In this document: positions 30,251 to 39,625 of the stretch, piece by piece
Layout: every line of letters begins with the position of its first letter
Position numbering within the stretch: position 1 is the stretch's first letter
DNA from: Gemmatimonadota bacterium
GTDB taxonomy: Bacteria > JBHIER01 > G020348925
Length of the DNA stretch: 64,000 bases
Assembly: GCA_020348925.1 (NCBI GenBank)
Contig: CP070758.1
Location: 1,506,469 to 1,570,468, forward strand
Reading direction: 5' to 3'
Notes under the pieces: generated by a model
What the model was told of the DNA's origin: nothing
Database searches by the model: none
What the model saw: the letters and a program-made list of their open reading frames with translations, nothing else
Made by a program: the position numbers and the translations under genes

Positions 30251-32200
30251 ATGCCACAGAAAAAGATCGGGGTCTTTGTCTGCCACTGCGGCATCAATAT
30301 CGCCAGTGTCGTACAGATCGAAGAACTTGTAAAACGGCTCCAGGAATCCTCCGGAGTTTATTATGCCACGGATTACAAGTACATGTGCTCCGAGCCGGGC
30401 CAGGCCTCGATCCGCGATGCCATCAAGGAGAAGGAACTGGACGGCATCGTTGTCGCCTGCTGCTCTCCCTCGCTCCACGAGCTCACCTTCCGGCGAACAA
30501 GCTCGAGTGTTGATCTGAATCCGTACCTGTGCGAGATTGCCAACATCAGGGAGCACTGCAGCTGGGTCCATTCGGACAGTACCCTCGCCACGGAAAAAGC
30601 ACAGGAGATTATTGAGACGATCGTGGAGAAAGTGCGGCTGGACGAAGCCCTCGATCCGATAAAGGTTCCGGTCAATAAGAGAGCGATGGTTATAGGCGGC
30701 GGGATCAGTGGCATTCAGTCGGCTCTGGATATTGCCGACAGCGGTTACCCCGTCATCCTGGTGGAGCGCGAGGCGGCCATCGGCGGTCACATGGCCGAAC
30801 TGTCGGATACGTTCCTCACCCTTGAAAAATCTTCCGAACTCCTCTCCGCGAAACAGAGGGAGGTTTCTGTCCATTCGAATATACAGTTACTCACATATTC
30901 TGAGGTTGAAGATTTAGACGGATATGTAGGCAATTTCAAAGCCACCATAAAGAAGAAGGCGAAGATGGTCGATTGGGACAAGTGCGACGGGTGCGGGAAA
31001 TGCATTGCGGTGTGCCCGGTCAAGGTTCCCTTCGATCAGGAGCATCCTCTGGGCAAGGAAAACGCTATTTATCTGCCGCTTCTTGAGGCTGGCCCGAAGA
31101 GGGTCGTTATTGATAAGGGTATCTGTCAACATTTCAGTGGTGAGTGCTCGGAGTGCCAGACGGCCTGTCCCAAGAGCGCGATCCATTTTGATGAGCAGGA
31201 TGAGACCCTGGAGGAGGAGATCGGAGCCGTCGTCGTTGCCACTGGCTACAGTATGTACCCGAAGGACCGGATAGGCGAATACGGTGTTGACGGGTGCGAG
31301 GATGTGATCGACGGACTACAGTTTGAGCGTATGCTGGCCGCTTGGGAGCGGGGTGAGGGACCTCTGAGACGACCGTCCGACGGCAAGACCCCGCGGGATG
31401 TCGTCTTCGTCCAGTGCTCCGGGTCAAGAGACCCGGAGCACGCCATGCCCTATTGCTCGCGGATCTGCTGTATGTATACGGTCAAAGAGGCCATGGTCTA
31501 CCGAAAGGCCGTCCCTGATGGACAGGCATATGTCTTCTACATCGATATCCGGACCGGTGGAAAGGGCTGCGAGGAGTTCACCCAGGGGGGGATTGCGGAT
31601 AACAGACTCATCTACATGAGGGGGAAGGTCTCGAAATTGTATAGGGAAGGGGACAAGGTGGTCGTCTGGGGTGTCGATACCTTGATGGGCAAGAAGGTGG
31701 AGATAGCGGCCGATCTTGTGGTACTGGCCACAGCCACAGTGCCCAGCCCCGGAGCCAAGGAACTGGCTCAGAGACTCAAAGTATCGGCGGACGATTACGG
31801 TTTTTTCCAGGAGGTTCATCCGAAGCTGAGGCCGGTGGAAAGCCCCACAGCAGGCATCTTTCTGTCCGGTGCGGCGCGGGCGCCTATGGATATCCCGGAG
31901 TCGATCATGCACGCCTCCGGTGCGGCCAGTAAGGTCCTGGCCCTGTTCTCCCAGGACGATATTTCACACGAGCCCATTGTGGCCTTTGTGGATGAGGACT
32001 ACTGCTCGGGTTGCGGCGTGTGCGTCGAGACCTGTCCCTACGGAGCGCGCGAACTGCAGGGCAGAAAACGGGTGGCCAAAGTGATTGAGGTCCTGTGCCA
32101 GGGGTGCGGCGCATGTATCGCGGCCTGTCCCAACGGTGCCTGCCAGCAGCGGAACTTTCAAGCGGAGCAGTGTCTGTACATGCTCGATGCAGCCCTATGA
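30251..32200 (+). CDS. hdrA: Heterodisulfide reductase subunit A, full length but lacking the TFPTxDCxxC cysteines
   Basis: IGVFVCHCG, VACCSP, NIREHCSWVH, GGGISG, CSGSRD...YCSRICC, C-terminal ferredoxin. Confidence 0.93.
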   Translation: MPQKKIGVFVCHCGINIASVVQIEELVKRLQESSGVYYATDYKYMCSEPGQASIRDAIKEKELDGIVVACCSPSLHELTFRRTSSSVDLNPYLCEIANIREHCSWVHSDSTLATEKAQEIIETIVEKVRLDEALDPIKVPVNKRAMVIGGGISGIQSALDIADSGYPVILVEREAAIGGHMAELSDTFLTLEKSSELLSAKQREVSVHSNIQLLTYSEVEDLDGYVGNFKATIKKKAKMVDWDKCDGCGKCIAVCPVKVPFDQEHPLGKENAIYLPLLEAGPKRVVIDKGICQHFSGECSECQTACPKSAIHFDEQDETLEEEIGAVVVATGYSMYPKDRIGEYGVDGCEDVIDGLQFERMLAAWERGEGPLRRPSDGKTPRDVVFVQCSGSRDPEHAMPYCSRICCMYTVKEAMVYRKAVPDGQAYVFYIDIRTGGKGCEEFTQGGIADNRLIYMRGKVSKLYREGDKVVVWGVDTLMGKKVEIAADLVVLATATVPSPGAKELAQRLKVSADDYGFFQEVHPKLRPVESPTAGIFLSGAARAPMDIPESIMHASGAASKVLALFSQDDISHEPIVAFVDEDYCSGCGVCVETCPYGARELQGRKRVAKVIEVLCQGCGACIAACPNGACQQRNFQAEQCLYMLDAAL

Positions 32201-32247
32201 GTCTGGAGTATTTGCCATAGAGGCGCAGAAATTCAGAGAAGAATAAA

Positions 32248-32781
32248 ATGGGTGATACCAATTTATTAGACTATGTGATACAAAAGAGCGGTCAGGACGT
32301 GTTGTCCTGCTACCATTGCCAGAAGTGTGCTGCCGGCTGCCCGGTAGCACCTTTCATGGACATTCAGCCCAACGTCATCCACCGCCTGCTGCAATACGGA
32401 CGGGACGATGAGATTTTAAAGAGCGCCACCATCTGGATCTGCGCAGCCTGCGAGACCTGCGGTGCCCGCTGCCCCAACGATATCGACATCGCCAAGGTGA
32501 ACGATGCCTTGAAACAATATGCCGTCAGAGAGGGCATCAAGGGGAAAGAGAAGGGGATGCCGGCCATGCACAACGCCTTTCTCTCGGGAATTGAAAAGCG
32601 CGGGCGGATGCACGAGGTGAGTCTCATCCGGGAACTGCGCATGAAGACCGGCGGACTGTTCAAGGATATGAAATTGGGCATCAAAATGTTCAAATTGGGC
32701 AAGCTGCCCCTCTTTTCTGAAAAGGTGAAAAATATGGGTGAGATCAAGAAGCTGTTTGAAAAAGCGAGGAGGGCCCAGTGA
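32248..32781 (+). CDS. hdrC: Heterodisulfide reductase subunit C (second copy)
   Basis: CYHCQKCAAGCP, IWICAACETCGARCPNDID. Confidence 0.92.
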   Translation: MGDTNLLDYVIQKSGQDVLSCYHCQKCAAGCPVAPFMDIQPNVIHRLLQYGRDDEILKSATIWICAACETCGARCPNDIDIAKVNDALKQYAVREGIKGKEKGMPAMHNAFLSGIEKRGRMHEVSLIRELRMKTGGLFKDMKLGIKMFKLGKLPLFSEKVKNMGEIKKLFEKARRAQ

Positions 32782-33641
32782 CCGACAACGGAGCGACGTA
32801 TTCCTACTATCCGGGCTGCTCCCTGCACGGGACCTCGAGGGAGTATGATGCTTCGACCCAAGCCGTGTGTGCCGAGCTGGGTATCGAGCTGAAGGAGCTT
32901 TCAGACTGGGTCTGCTGCGGGGCCTCATCAGGGCACAGTTTGGACGAGACACTCAACATCGGCTTACCGGCCCACACCTTAAAACTGGCTGAAAAGGAGG
33001 GCATGGATGTGGCTGTGCCCTGCGCAGCCTGCTACAATCGGCTCAAAGTGGCAGAGCATGCTCTGCAGGAGAAAGAAGGCGTGAGAGAGCAGATGAAGGA
33101 TCTCCTCGATTATGAGTTTCAGGGGACGGTGCAGGTTCTCAATTTGGTGGAGCTGATCAAGGACAGAGTGGGACTGGAGAAAATACGGTCGAAGGTTGTG
33201 AAGCCCCTCACTGGTTTGAAAGTGGTCTGTTATTACGGCTGTCTCCTCGTTCGGCCGGCGGAGGTGACCCATTTTGACGATCCCGAGCATCCTCGCAGTC
33301 TGGATGAGATCATGGAGGCCGTTGGCGCCGAAGTCCTCAACTGGTCGTACAAGACGGAATGCTGCGGTGGAAGCCTTTCCCTGACCCGGGACGATATCGT
33401 CAAGGGTTTGGTCGACGGCATTGTGGACATGGCCAAGGAGGCAGGGGCTCAGGCCATCGTCACGCTCTGTCCCCTGTGTCTGGAGAACCTGGAGATGCGG
33501 CAGAGCGATGGCACATACCCGGTGTTCTACTTCACCGAACTGTTGGGCGTCGCCTTTGGGCTCAAAGAGAGCGAACATTGGCTGAAGAAACATTTGGTTG
33601 ATTCGACATCCTTAATGAAATCACTGCGGTTGTTATCATGA
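32778..33641 (+). CDS. hdrB: Heterodisulfide reductase subunit B (second copy)
   Basis: YYPGCSL, WVCCG, CAAC, YYGCLLVRP, ECCG, CPLC. Confidence 0.95.
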   Translation: MTDNGATYSYYPGCSLHGTSREYDASTQAVCAELGIELKELSDWVCCGASSGHSLDETLNIGLPAHTLKLAEKEGMDVAVPCAACYNRLKVAEHALQEKEGVREQMKDLLDYEFQGTVQVLNLVELIKDRVGLEKIRSKVVKPLTGLKVVCYYGCLLVRPAEVTHFDDPEHPRSLDEIMEAVGAEVLNWSYKTECCGGSLSLTRDDIVKGLVDGIVDMAKEAGAQAIVTLCPLCLENLEMRQSDGTYPVFYFTELLGVAFGLKESEHWLKKHLVDSTSLMKSLRLLS

Positions 33642-36600
33642 TAAAAAAGATCGAAAACGAAACAGTAGGATCGGTATTGATCGTCGGTGCCGGCATCGGC
33701 GGCATGCAATCGGCTCTGGATCTGGCGGAGTCGGGATTTAAAGTCTATTTGCTCGACGCCTCTCCGGCCATCGGCGGGACCATGTCGGCCCTGGACAAGA
33801 CCTTTCCCACCAACGACTGCGCCATGTGCATCATGTCGCCGAAACTGGTGGAGTGCGGCCGTCATTTGAACATAGAGATCATCACCTGGGCCGATGTGGA
33901 GTCCATCCAGGGTAAACCCGGCAACTTTACGGTCGATATTACCCATCATCCGAGATACGTCGATTTGGAAAAATGTACGGGCTGCGGCGAGTGCGCCGAA
34001 AAGTGTCCGGTTGTCGTGTTGAACGAGTTCGACGAGGGTGTTGGCACACGCCATGCCATTTATCGTCTCTATCCGCAGGCCATTCCGAAGACATTTATTA
34101 TAGATAAAGGTGACCCGCCACCGTGTCGGATCACCTGTCCTGCCGGGATCAATGTCCACGGCTATGTAGCCCTCATCTCTCAGGGGAAGTTCAAGGAGGC
34201 CTTGGATCTCATCCGTGAGCGGATGCCCTTTCCGGCCATTTGCGGACGGGCCTGCCATCACCCCTGCGAGCAGGAGTGCAACAGGGGTGACGTCGATCAG
34301 CCCATTGCCATTCGACAACTGAAAAGGTTTGTCTCGGATTACATGGCCAATAAAGAGGAGGACAAACCCGAAAAGTTGACGCCGACGAAGGAGGAGAAGG
34401 TGGCCATCATTGGCGCAGGACCGACCGGATTGACGGCCGCCGGCGATCTGCTCCAAATGGGCTATCCTGTAACGGTCTTCGATGCCGAGGATGGGCCTGG
34501 AGGGATGATCAAAACATGTCTCCCGGATTACCGTATTCCCAAATGGAGCAACGAGTACGATGCCGGCCGGATTCTCCAGATGGGTGTGGAACTGACGCCG
34601 AATACGAGAATCGGACAGGACCTTACTATCAATGATTTGAAAAAGAAGGGCTACAAAGCCTTTTTTGCCGCCATCGGCGCCCAGGAGGGGAGATCGTTGC
34701 CCTTGGAGGGTATCGATTCCGAGAACGTGTACATAGGGATTCCTTTCCTGAAGGACGCCAAGGCCGGCAAGAAGATCCCTCTGGGTGATAAAACGCTGGT
34801 CATTGGTGGCGGGAACGTGGCCATCGATTGCGCCAGAGTGGCCCTCCGTCTCGGGTCCAAGGAGGTCCACATGGTCTGCCTCGAAACCCGGGATCTGACG
34901 TCGAAGGATCGTATGCCGGCCCACGACTGGGAGATCGAAGAGGCCGAGGAGGAGGGGATCATTGTACATCCCTGTCTGGGACCGGAGCGAATTGTGACCG
35001 AAAACGGAAGGGCAACCGCTCTTGAAACGATCGAGTGCACCTTTGTCTATACGGAGGACGGTGTTTTTCAGCCGCAATTCGGGGAGTGTTCGGAAGAAGC
35101 GATCGATTTCGACACACTCATTGTCGCCATCGGGCAGCAACCCGATTTTACCGGCTTCGAGGATATCGAAACGACACCCTGGAAGACCTTCAAGGTCGAT
35201 GAGATAACCCTGGAGACGAATGTGCCCGGTATATTCGCCGGTGGCGATGTGGCTTCAGGCCCGGCTTCCGTTGTTGAGGCCGTGGGTCAGGGGCACGAGG
35301 CGGCCATATCCATCGATCGGTATTTACGCGGTGTCGATCTCAAAGAAGGAAGGGAGAAGGGGGAGATCAAGACGGCCGAAAAGCCGGAGAAGCCCGTCGA
35401 GATCAAGGAGCGGGCCGACATGCCCAAGCGTCCGGGTTCCGAGCGAGCCAGAGATTTTGACGAGGTCGAACTGCCCTATCCGGCGGAAGAGATCGTCATC
35501 GAGGAGGCCAAACGGTGCCTCAACTGCAGTATCTGCTCCGAGTGCATGGAGTGCGTCCGGGCCTGCGAGGCCGACGCCGTCGATCATCTCCAGGTGGAGC
35601 GAAAGAGTACGATCACTGTGGGTGCCGTTATTCTCAGCCCCGGCTTCGATCTGTTCGAGGCCGAGCTGAAGGGCGAATACGGCTACGGCGTCTACCATAA
35701 CGTCATCAGCAGCATGCAGTTCGAGCGCATCCTCAATGCCTCCGGGCCCTTCGAGGGAGAGATTCTCAGGCCGTCCGATAACAAACATCCGAAGAAGATC
35801 GCCTTCATCTCCTGCGTCGGTTCCAGGGACATCGTCTGCGGGCAGGAGTACTGTTCGTCCGTGTGCTGCATGTACTCGACGAAGGAGGCCATCATCGCCA
35901 AGGAGCACGAATCCGAAATAGAACCGACTGTATTCTACATGGATATGAGGGCTTTCGGCAAAGGTTTCGACCGATACTTTAAGAGTGCCCAGGAGAAATA
36001 CGGTATTCGATACATTCGCTGCATGGCCTCCAAGGTGATCGAGATGCAGCAGACGAAGAATCTGAGGATCAAATATCTCAAGGAGGACAACACCTTTGAG
36101 GAGGAAGAGTTTGAACTCGTTATTCTGGCCACAGGCATCACACCCTCTCAGAAGGTGAAGGAGTTGGCCCAGCGCATCGGGCTGGGTCTCAACGAATATG
36201 ATTTCTGCCTGAAACAGGGCTTTTCACCGACGGAGACGGCCACGCCCGGCATTTTTGTCGGCGGCGCTTTTGCCGAGCCCAAGGATATTCCCGAGACCGT
36301 TATTGAAGCCAGCAGTGCCGCCGCTGAGGCATCGCGTTTACTGGCGCCGGCCCGGGGAACGCTGACGACGAAAAAAGAGTATCCGGCGGAGAAGCCTTTT
36401 ACCGAGGACGAGCCGCGCATCGGCGTCTTCATCTGCCGCTGCGGCAGGAATATTGGCGGATACATGGACATCCCGGCCATTGTCGAGCATGCGATGACCT
36501 TACCCCACGTAGTCTTTGCCGGTGAAAACCTGTACACGTGCTCCCAGGACTCTCTGGAGAAGATCAAATCCGAGATCGAGGAGCACGAGCTGACCCGCGT

Positions 36601-38071
36601 CGTCGTGGCTTCCTGTACCCCTCTGACCCATGCGCCGCTTTTCCGGGACACCATCCGCGAGGTCGGGCTGAATCCTTATCTCTTCGAGATGGCCAGTCTC
36701 CGCGAGCACGTCTCCTGGGTCCATATGAACGAGCCTGAAAAAGCCACGGACAAAGCCAAGGAAGTCGTGGCCATGGCCGTGGCCAAGGCGGCGCTTCTGA
36801 CGCCCATTGAGCAAGGGTATTTCGACTTAAACAAACAGGGTCTCGTTCTGGGTGGGGGGCTGGCCGGAATGACGGCAGCCCTCTCGCTGGCCGAACAGGG
36901 CTTTGCTGTCCATCTCGTGGAGAAGGAGAGCGAGCTGGGTGGGCATCTGGCTCATATCTACCGCACCATTGACGGCAAGGATGCCCAGGAACTTTTGAAA
37001 AAGATGCGGCAGGATGTTGAGGGACACGAGCTCATTCATGTCTATAAAGACGCTGAGGTGAAGGAGATATCAGGGTACCTGGGGAATTACACCACGACCG
37101 TTTCCCTAAAAAAAGAGGAGAAGACGGTCGAGCTCAATCATGGTGTGGCCATCATCGCCACTGGAGCACATGAATACGAACCGAAAGAGTATCTCTACGG
37201 TCAGAATTCAAATGTGGTTTCCCAGGCGGACTTGGAAAAACGACTCGTTGAGGGCGACGTCTCCGGTGTGAACAAGGTTGTGATGATCCAGTGTGTTGGC
37301 TCACGAGATGACGATCATCCCTACTGCAGCCGGATCTGCTGTACCCAGGCTGTGAAGAATGCGCTAAAACTGAAGGAATTGAACCCGGATACTGAGGTGG
37401 CCGTTCTGTACCGCGATATCCGGACCTACGGTTTCCGCGAGAAGTATTACCTCGAGGCGAGACGGAAAGGGGTGCTCTTTATCCGCTATGATGAGGAGCA
37501 AAAGCCCGACGTGACGCAAGAGAACGGCGGGCTCAGCGTAAAACTTATTGATCCGGTCGTCGGAGAGGAGGTGCGCTTTGATCCGGATCTGCTGGTGCTC
37601 AGCACCGGCATGTACGGAGAGAACGACGACCTGGCCCAGATCTTAAAACTCCCTCTGACGGAGGACGGTTTCTTCATGGAGGCCCACACGAAAATTCGAC
37701 CCCTCGACTTCACCGCCGACGGCATGTTCCTGTGCGGCCTGGCCCATTCACCCCGGACTATTGAGGAGACCATTGCTCAAGCAAAAGGAGCATCCATACG
37801 GGCCGTGACCATACTTTCCAAGGATAAAATTCAGGCCAAAGCCGAAATACCCATGGTCAACGAGAAGTGGTGCAGCGGGTGCGGTGTGTGCGAGCTGGTC
37901 TGTCCCTACGATGCCCGAAAGGTCAACGAGGAGATGAAGATCGCGGAAGTGGTGGAAGTTCTGTGCCAGGGCTGTGGGGCCTGTGCCACGGCCTGTCCCA
38001 GCGGTGTGACTCAGCAGAAGAATTTCGAAAAAGAAGAAGTCTTTACGATGATTGACGCTGCGCTCACGTGA
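33638..38071 (+). CDS. HdrL-type large HdrA: two HdrA modules with an inserted GltD-like NAD(P)H-binding oxidoreductase
   Basis: 1477 aa; KTFPTNDCAMC; CGRACHHPCE, VAIIGAGPTG, VIGGGNVAIDCAR; second module IGVFICRCG and YCSRICC. Confidence 0.92.
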   Translation: MIKKIENETVGSVLIVGAGIGGMQSALDLAESGFKVYLLDASPAIGGTMSALDKTFPTNDCAMCIMSPKLVECGRHLNIEIITWADVESIQGKPGNFTVDITHHPRYVDLEKCTGCGECAEKCPVVVLNEFDEGVGTRHAIYRLYPQAIPKTFIIDKGDPPPCRITCPAGINVHGYVALISQGKFKEALDLIRERMPFPAICGRACHHPCEQECNRGDVDQPIAIRQLKRFVSDYMANKEEDKPEKLTPTKEEKVAIIGAGPTGLTAAGDLLQMGYPVTVFDAEDGPGGMIKTCLPDYRIPKWSNEYDAGRILQMGVELTPNTRIGQDLTINDLKKKGYKAFFAAIGAQEGRSLPLEGIDSENVYIGIPFLKDAKAGKKIPLGDKTLVIGGGNVAIDCARVALRLGSKEVHMVCLETRDLTSKDRMPAHDWEIEEAEEEGIIVHPCLGPERIVTENGRATALETIECTFVYTEDGVFQPQFGECSEEAIDFDTLIVAIGQQPDFTGFEDIETTPWKTFKVDEITLETNVPGIFAGGDVASGPASVVEAVGQGHEAAISIDRYLRGVDLKEGREKGEIKTAEKPEKPVEIKERADMPKRPGSERARDFDEVELPYPAEEIVIEEAKRCLNCSICSECMECVRACEADAVDHLQVERKSTITVGAVILSPGFDLFEAELKGEYGYGVYHNVISSMQFERILNASGPFEGEILRPSDNKHPKKIAFISCVGSRDIVCGQEYCSSVCCMYSTKEAIIAKEHESEIEPTVFYMDMRAFGKGFDRYFKSAQEKYGIRYIRCMASKVIEMQQTKNLRIKYLKEDNTFEEEEFELVILATGITPSQKVKELAQRIGLGLNEYDFCLKQGFSPTETATPGIFVGGAFAEPKDIPETVIEASSAAAEASRLLAPARGTLTTKKEYPAEKPFTEDEPRIGVFICRCGRNIGGYMDIPAIVEHAMTLPHVVFAGENLYTCSQDSLEKIKSEIEEHELTRVVVASCTPLTHAPLFRDTIREVGLNPYLFEMASLREHVSWVHMNEPEKATDKAKEVVAMAVAKAALLTPIEQGYFDLNKQGLVLGGGLAGMTAALSLAEQGFAVHLVEKESELGGHLAHIYRTIDGKDAQELLKKMRQDVEGHELIHVYKDAEVKEISGYLGNYTTTVSLKKEEKTVELNHGVAIIATGAHEYEPKEYLYGQNSNVVSQADLEKRLVEGDVSGVNKVVMIQCVGSRDDDHPYCSRICCTQAVKNALKLKELNPDTEVAVLYRDIRTYGFREKYYLEARRKGVLFIRYDEEQKPDVTQENGGLSVKLIDPVVGEEVRFDPDLLVLSTGMYGENDDLAQILKLPLTEDGFFMEAHTKIRPLDFTADGMFLCGLAHSPRTIEETIAQAKGASIRAVTILSKDKIQAKAEIPMVNEKWCSGCGVCELVCPYDARKVNEEMKIAEVVEVLCQGCGACATACPSGVTQQKNFEKEEVFTMIDAALT

Positions 38072-38082
38072 AAGGATTCATT

Positions 38083-38502
38083 ATGGAGTTCGAACCGAGA
38101 ATAATTGCCTTCGTGTGTAACTGGTGCACCTATGCTGCCGCCGATCTGGCCGGCACGTCGCGAATTCAATACCCGACCAACGTCCGCATCATCAGGTTGA
38201 TGTGCTCCGGTGCGGTCGATCCTGTCTACATCATGAAAGCCCTTCTGGAGGGTGCCGACGGCATCCTGGTGGGTGGGTGACACCCGGGGGATTGCCATTA
38301 CCAGTCTGGTAATTACAAGGCGCGACGGCGCATCGCCATCCTCAAGACGATTCTGGGGGATTTGGGTATTCCCGATAGTCGGGTTCGTCTCAAATGGATC
38401 AGCGCCAGCGAAGGCCGGGAGTTTGCGAATACGATCACGACCATGGTTGATGAGTTGAAGCAGTTGGGACCGAGTCCCTTCAAGACGATGTGGGAGATAT
38501 AA
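38083..38502 (+). CDS. mvhD: MvhD/FlxD [2Fe-2S] subunit, selenoprotein (Sec at 38278-38280)
   Basis: IIAFVCNWCTY...RLMCSG...[26 protein letters not shown]...WISASEG; the frame stays open to TAA 38502. Confidence 0.95.
38297..38313 (+). promoter_or_regulatory. Bacterial SECIS-like hairpin
   Basis: ATTACCA-GTC-TGGTAAT; the loop starts with G, 23 nt after the UGA. Confidence 0.75.
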
Positions 38503-38513
38503 AGGAGTGACTC

Positions 38514-39605
38514 ATGGCAATTCCTTTGAAAGACAATAACTTTGTGGAAACACTCAACGAATTTTTTAAAGGACTTATCCAAAAAAAGGTGGTTGATGCT
38601 CTCCTCCTGCCTCAGGCCGTTCTGTCGGGAAAGAGCTTCGCCCATACACTTATCACAAATCCGGAGCAAATTCAGCACGCCGCACCTTTTTTACCGATCC
38701 TCATGGTGAACGGGGCGAAAGTCCTTTCTTCGCTGACCGCCTGGGATCCGGGCAAGACCATCGGTGCCGTACTGCGGGCCTGCGAGATGCGGGCCTTGAT
38801 TGAACTGGCCAAGCTCAAGCAGGCCAGCCTGGACCGCGTCGTTCTCATTGGGGTCGATTGTTTGGGAACCGTCGAATCGGCCGAATTCGAGAAGATGGTC
38901 GAGGGGAACGGTGATTTTAAAGTTGAGGAGTACCTTTCCGGTCTCCTTTCCGGAAAAACGAATACTTTGAGAAAGGCCTGTCAGATGTGCCCGTATCCGG
39001 TCCCTCTGAATGCGGCCATGACTATCGGTTTCATCGGCGTCGATCCGAAGAAAGAGATCTATGTCCACGCTGGAGATGAGATCGCTCAACAGCTTGGCAT
39101 CGATAAGGGGAGTGCGCCGGCCCAGCGAGAAGAGACGGTTTCCAAAATACGGGAAGAGCGGACAAAAAAGCGGGAGGAATTTTTGGTCGAGCTTAAGGAA
39201 CGAATCAAAACCGTGCCTGATCTCTTGAATGCGTTTGCCCGGTGCAAGCGGTGTTACAATTGCCGTCAGGAATGTCCCATCTGTTACTGCAAGGAGTGCG
39301 TTTTCCTGACCAATGTCTTCGAGCACAAACCGGAGCAGTATCTGAAATGGGCCCAGCGCAAAGGGGCCATCAAACTGCCCTACGAGACACTGCTCTTCCA
39401 TTTGACCCGACTCAACCACATGGTCTTCTCGTGCATCGAATGCGGATTGTGCACGAGTGCCTGTCCCAACGATCTCCCGGTCTACGATCTGTTTCAGTAT
39501 ATGGGAAAGGACGTCCAGGCCCTCTTTGAGTATATTCCAGGTATGAACGTTGAGGAGGAACCGCCTGTGTGTACCTTTCGGGAGGTGGAGCTCGATCCGA
39601 AATAG
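38514..39605 (+). CDS. FdhB/FrhB-family Fe-S protein (Hdr-associated)
   Basis: LRACEMRALIELAKLKQA, IGVDCLGT, RKACQMC, CKRCYNCRQECPICYCKEC, CIECGLCTSACP. Confidence 0.85.
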   Translation: MAIPLKDNNFVETLNEFFKGLIQKKVVDALLLPQAVLSGKSFAHTLITNPEQIQHAAPFLPILMVNGAKVLSSLTAWDPGKTIGAVLRACEMRALIELAKLKQASLDRVVLIGVDCLGTVESAEFEKMVEGNGDFKVEEYLSGLLSGKTNTLRKACQMCPYPVPLNAAMTIGFIGVDPKKEIYVHAGDEIAQQLGIDKGSAPAQREETVSKIREERTKKREEFLVELKERIKTVPDLLNAFARCKRCYNCRQECPICYCKECVFLTNVFEHKPEQYLKWAQRKGAIKLPYETLLFHLTRLNHMVFSCIECGLCTSACPNDLPVYDLFQYMGKDVQALFEYIPGMNVEEEPPVCTFREVELDPK

Positions 39606-39625
39606 TGAAGAATAAGGCTATATCC

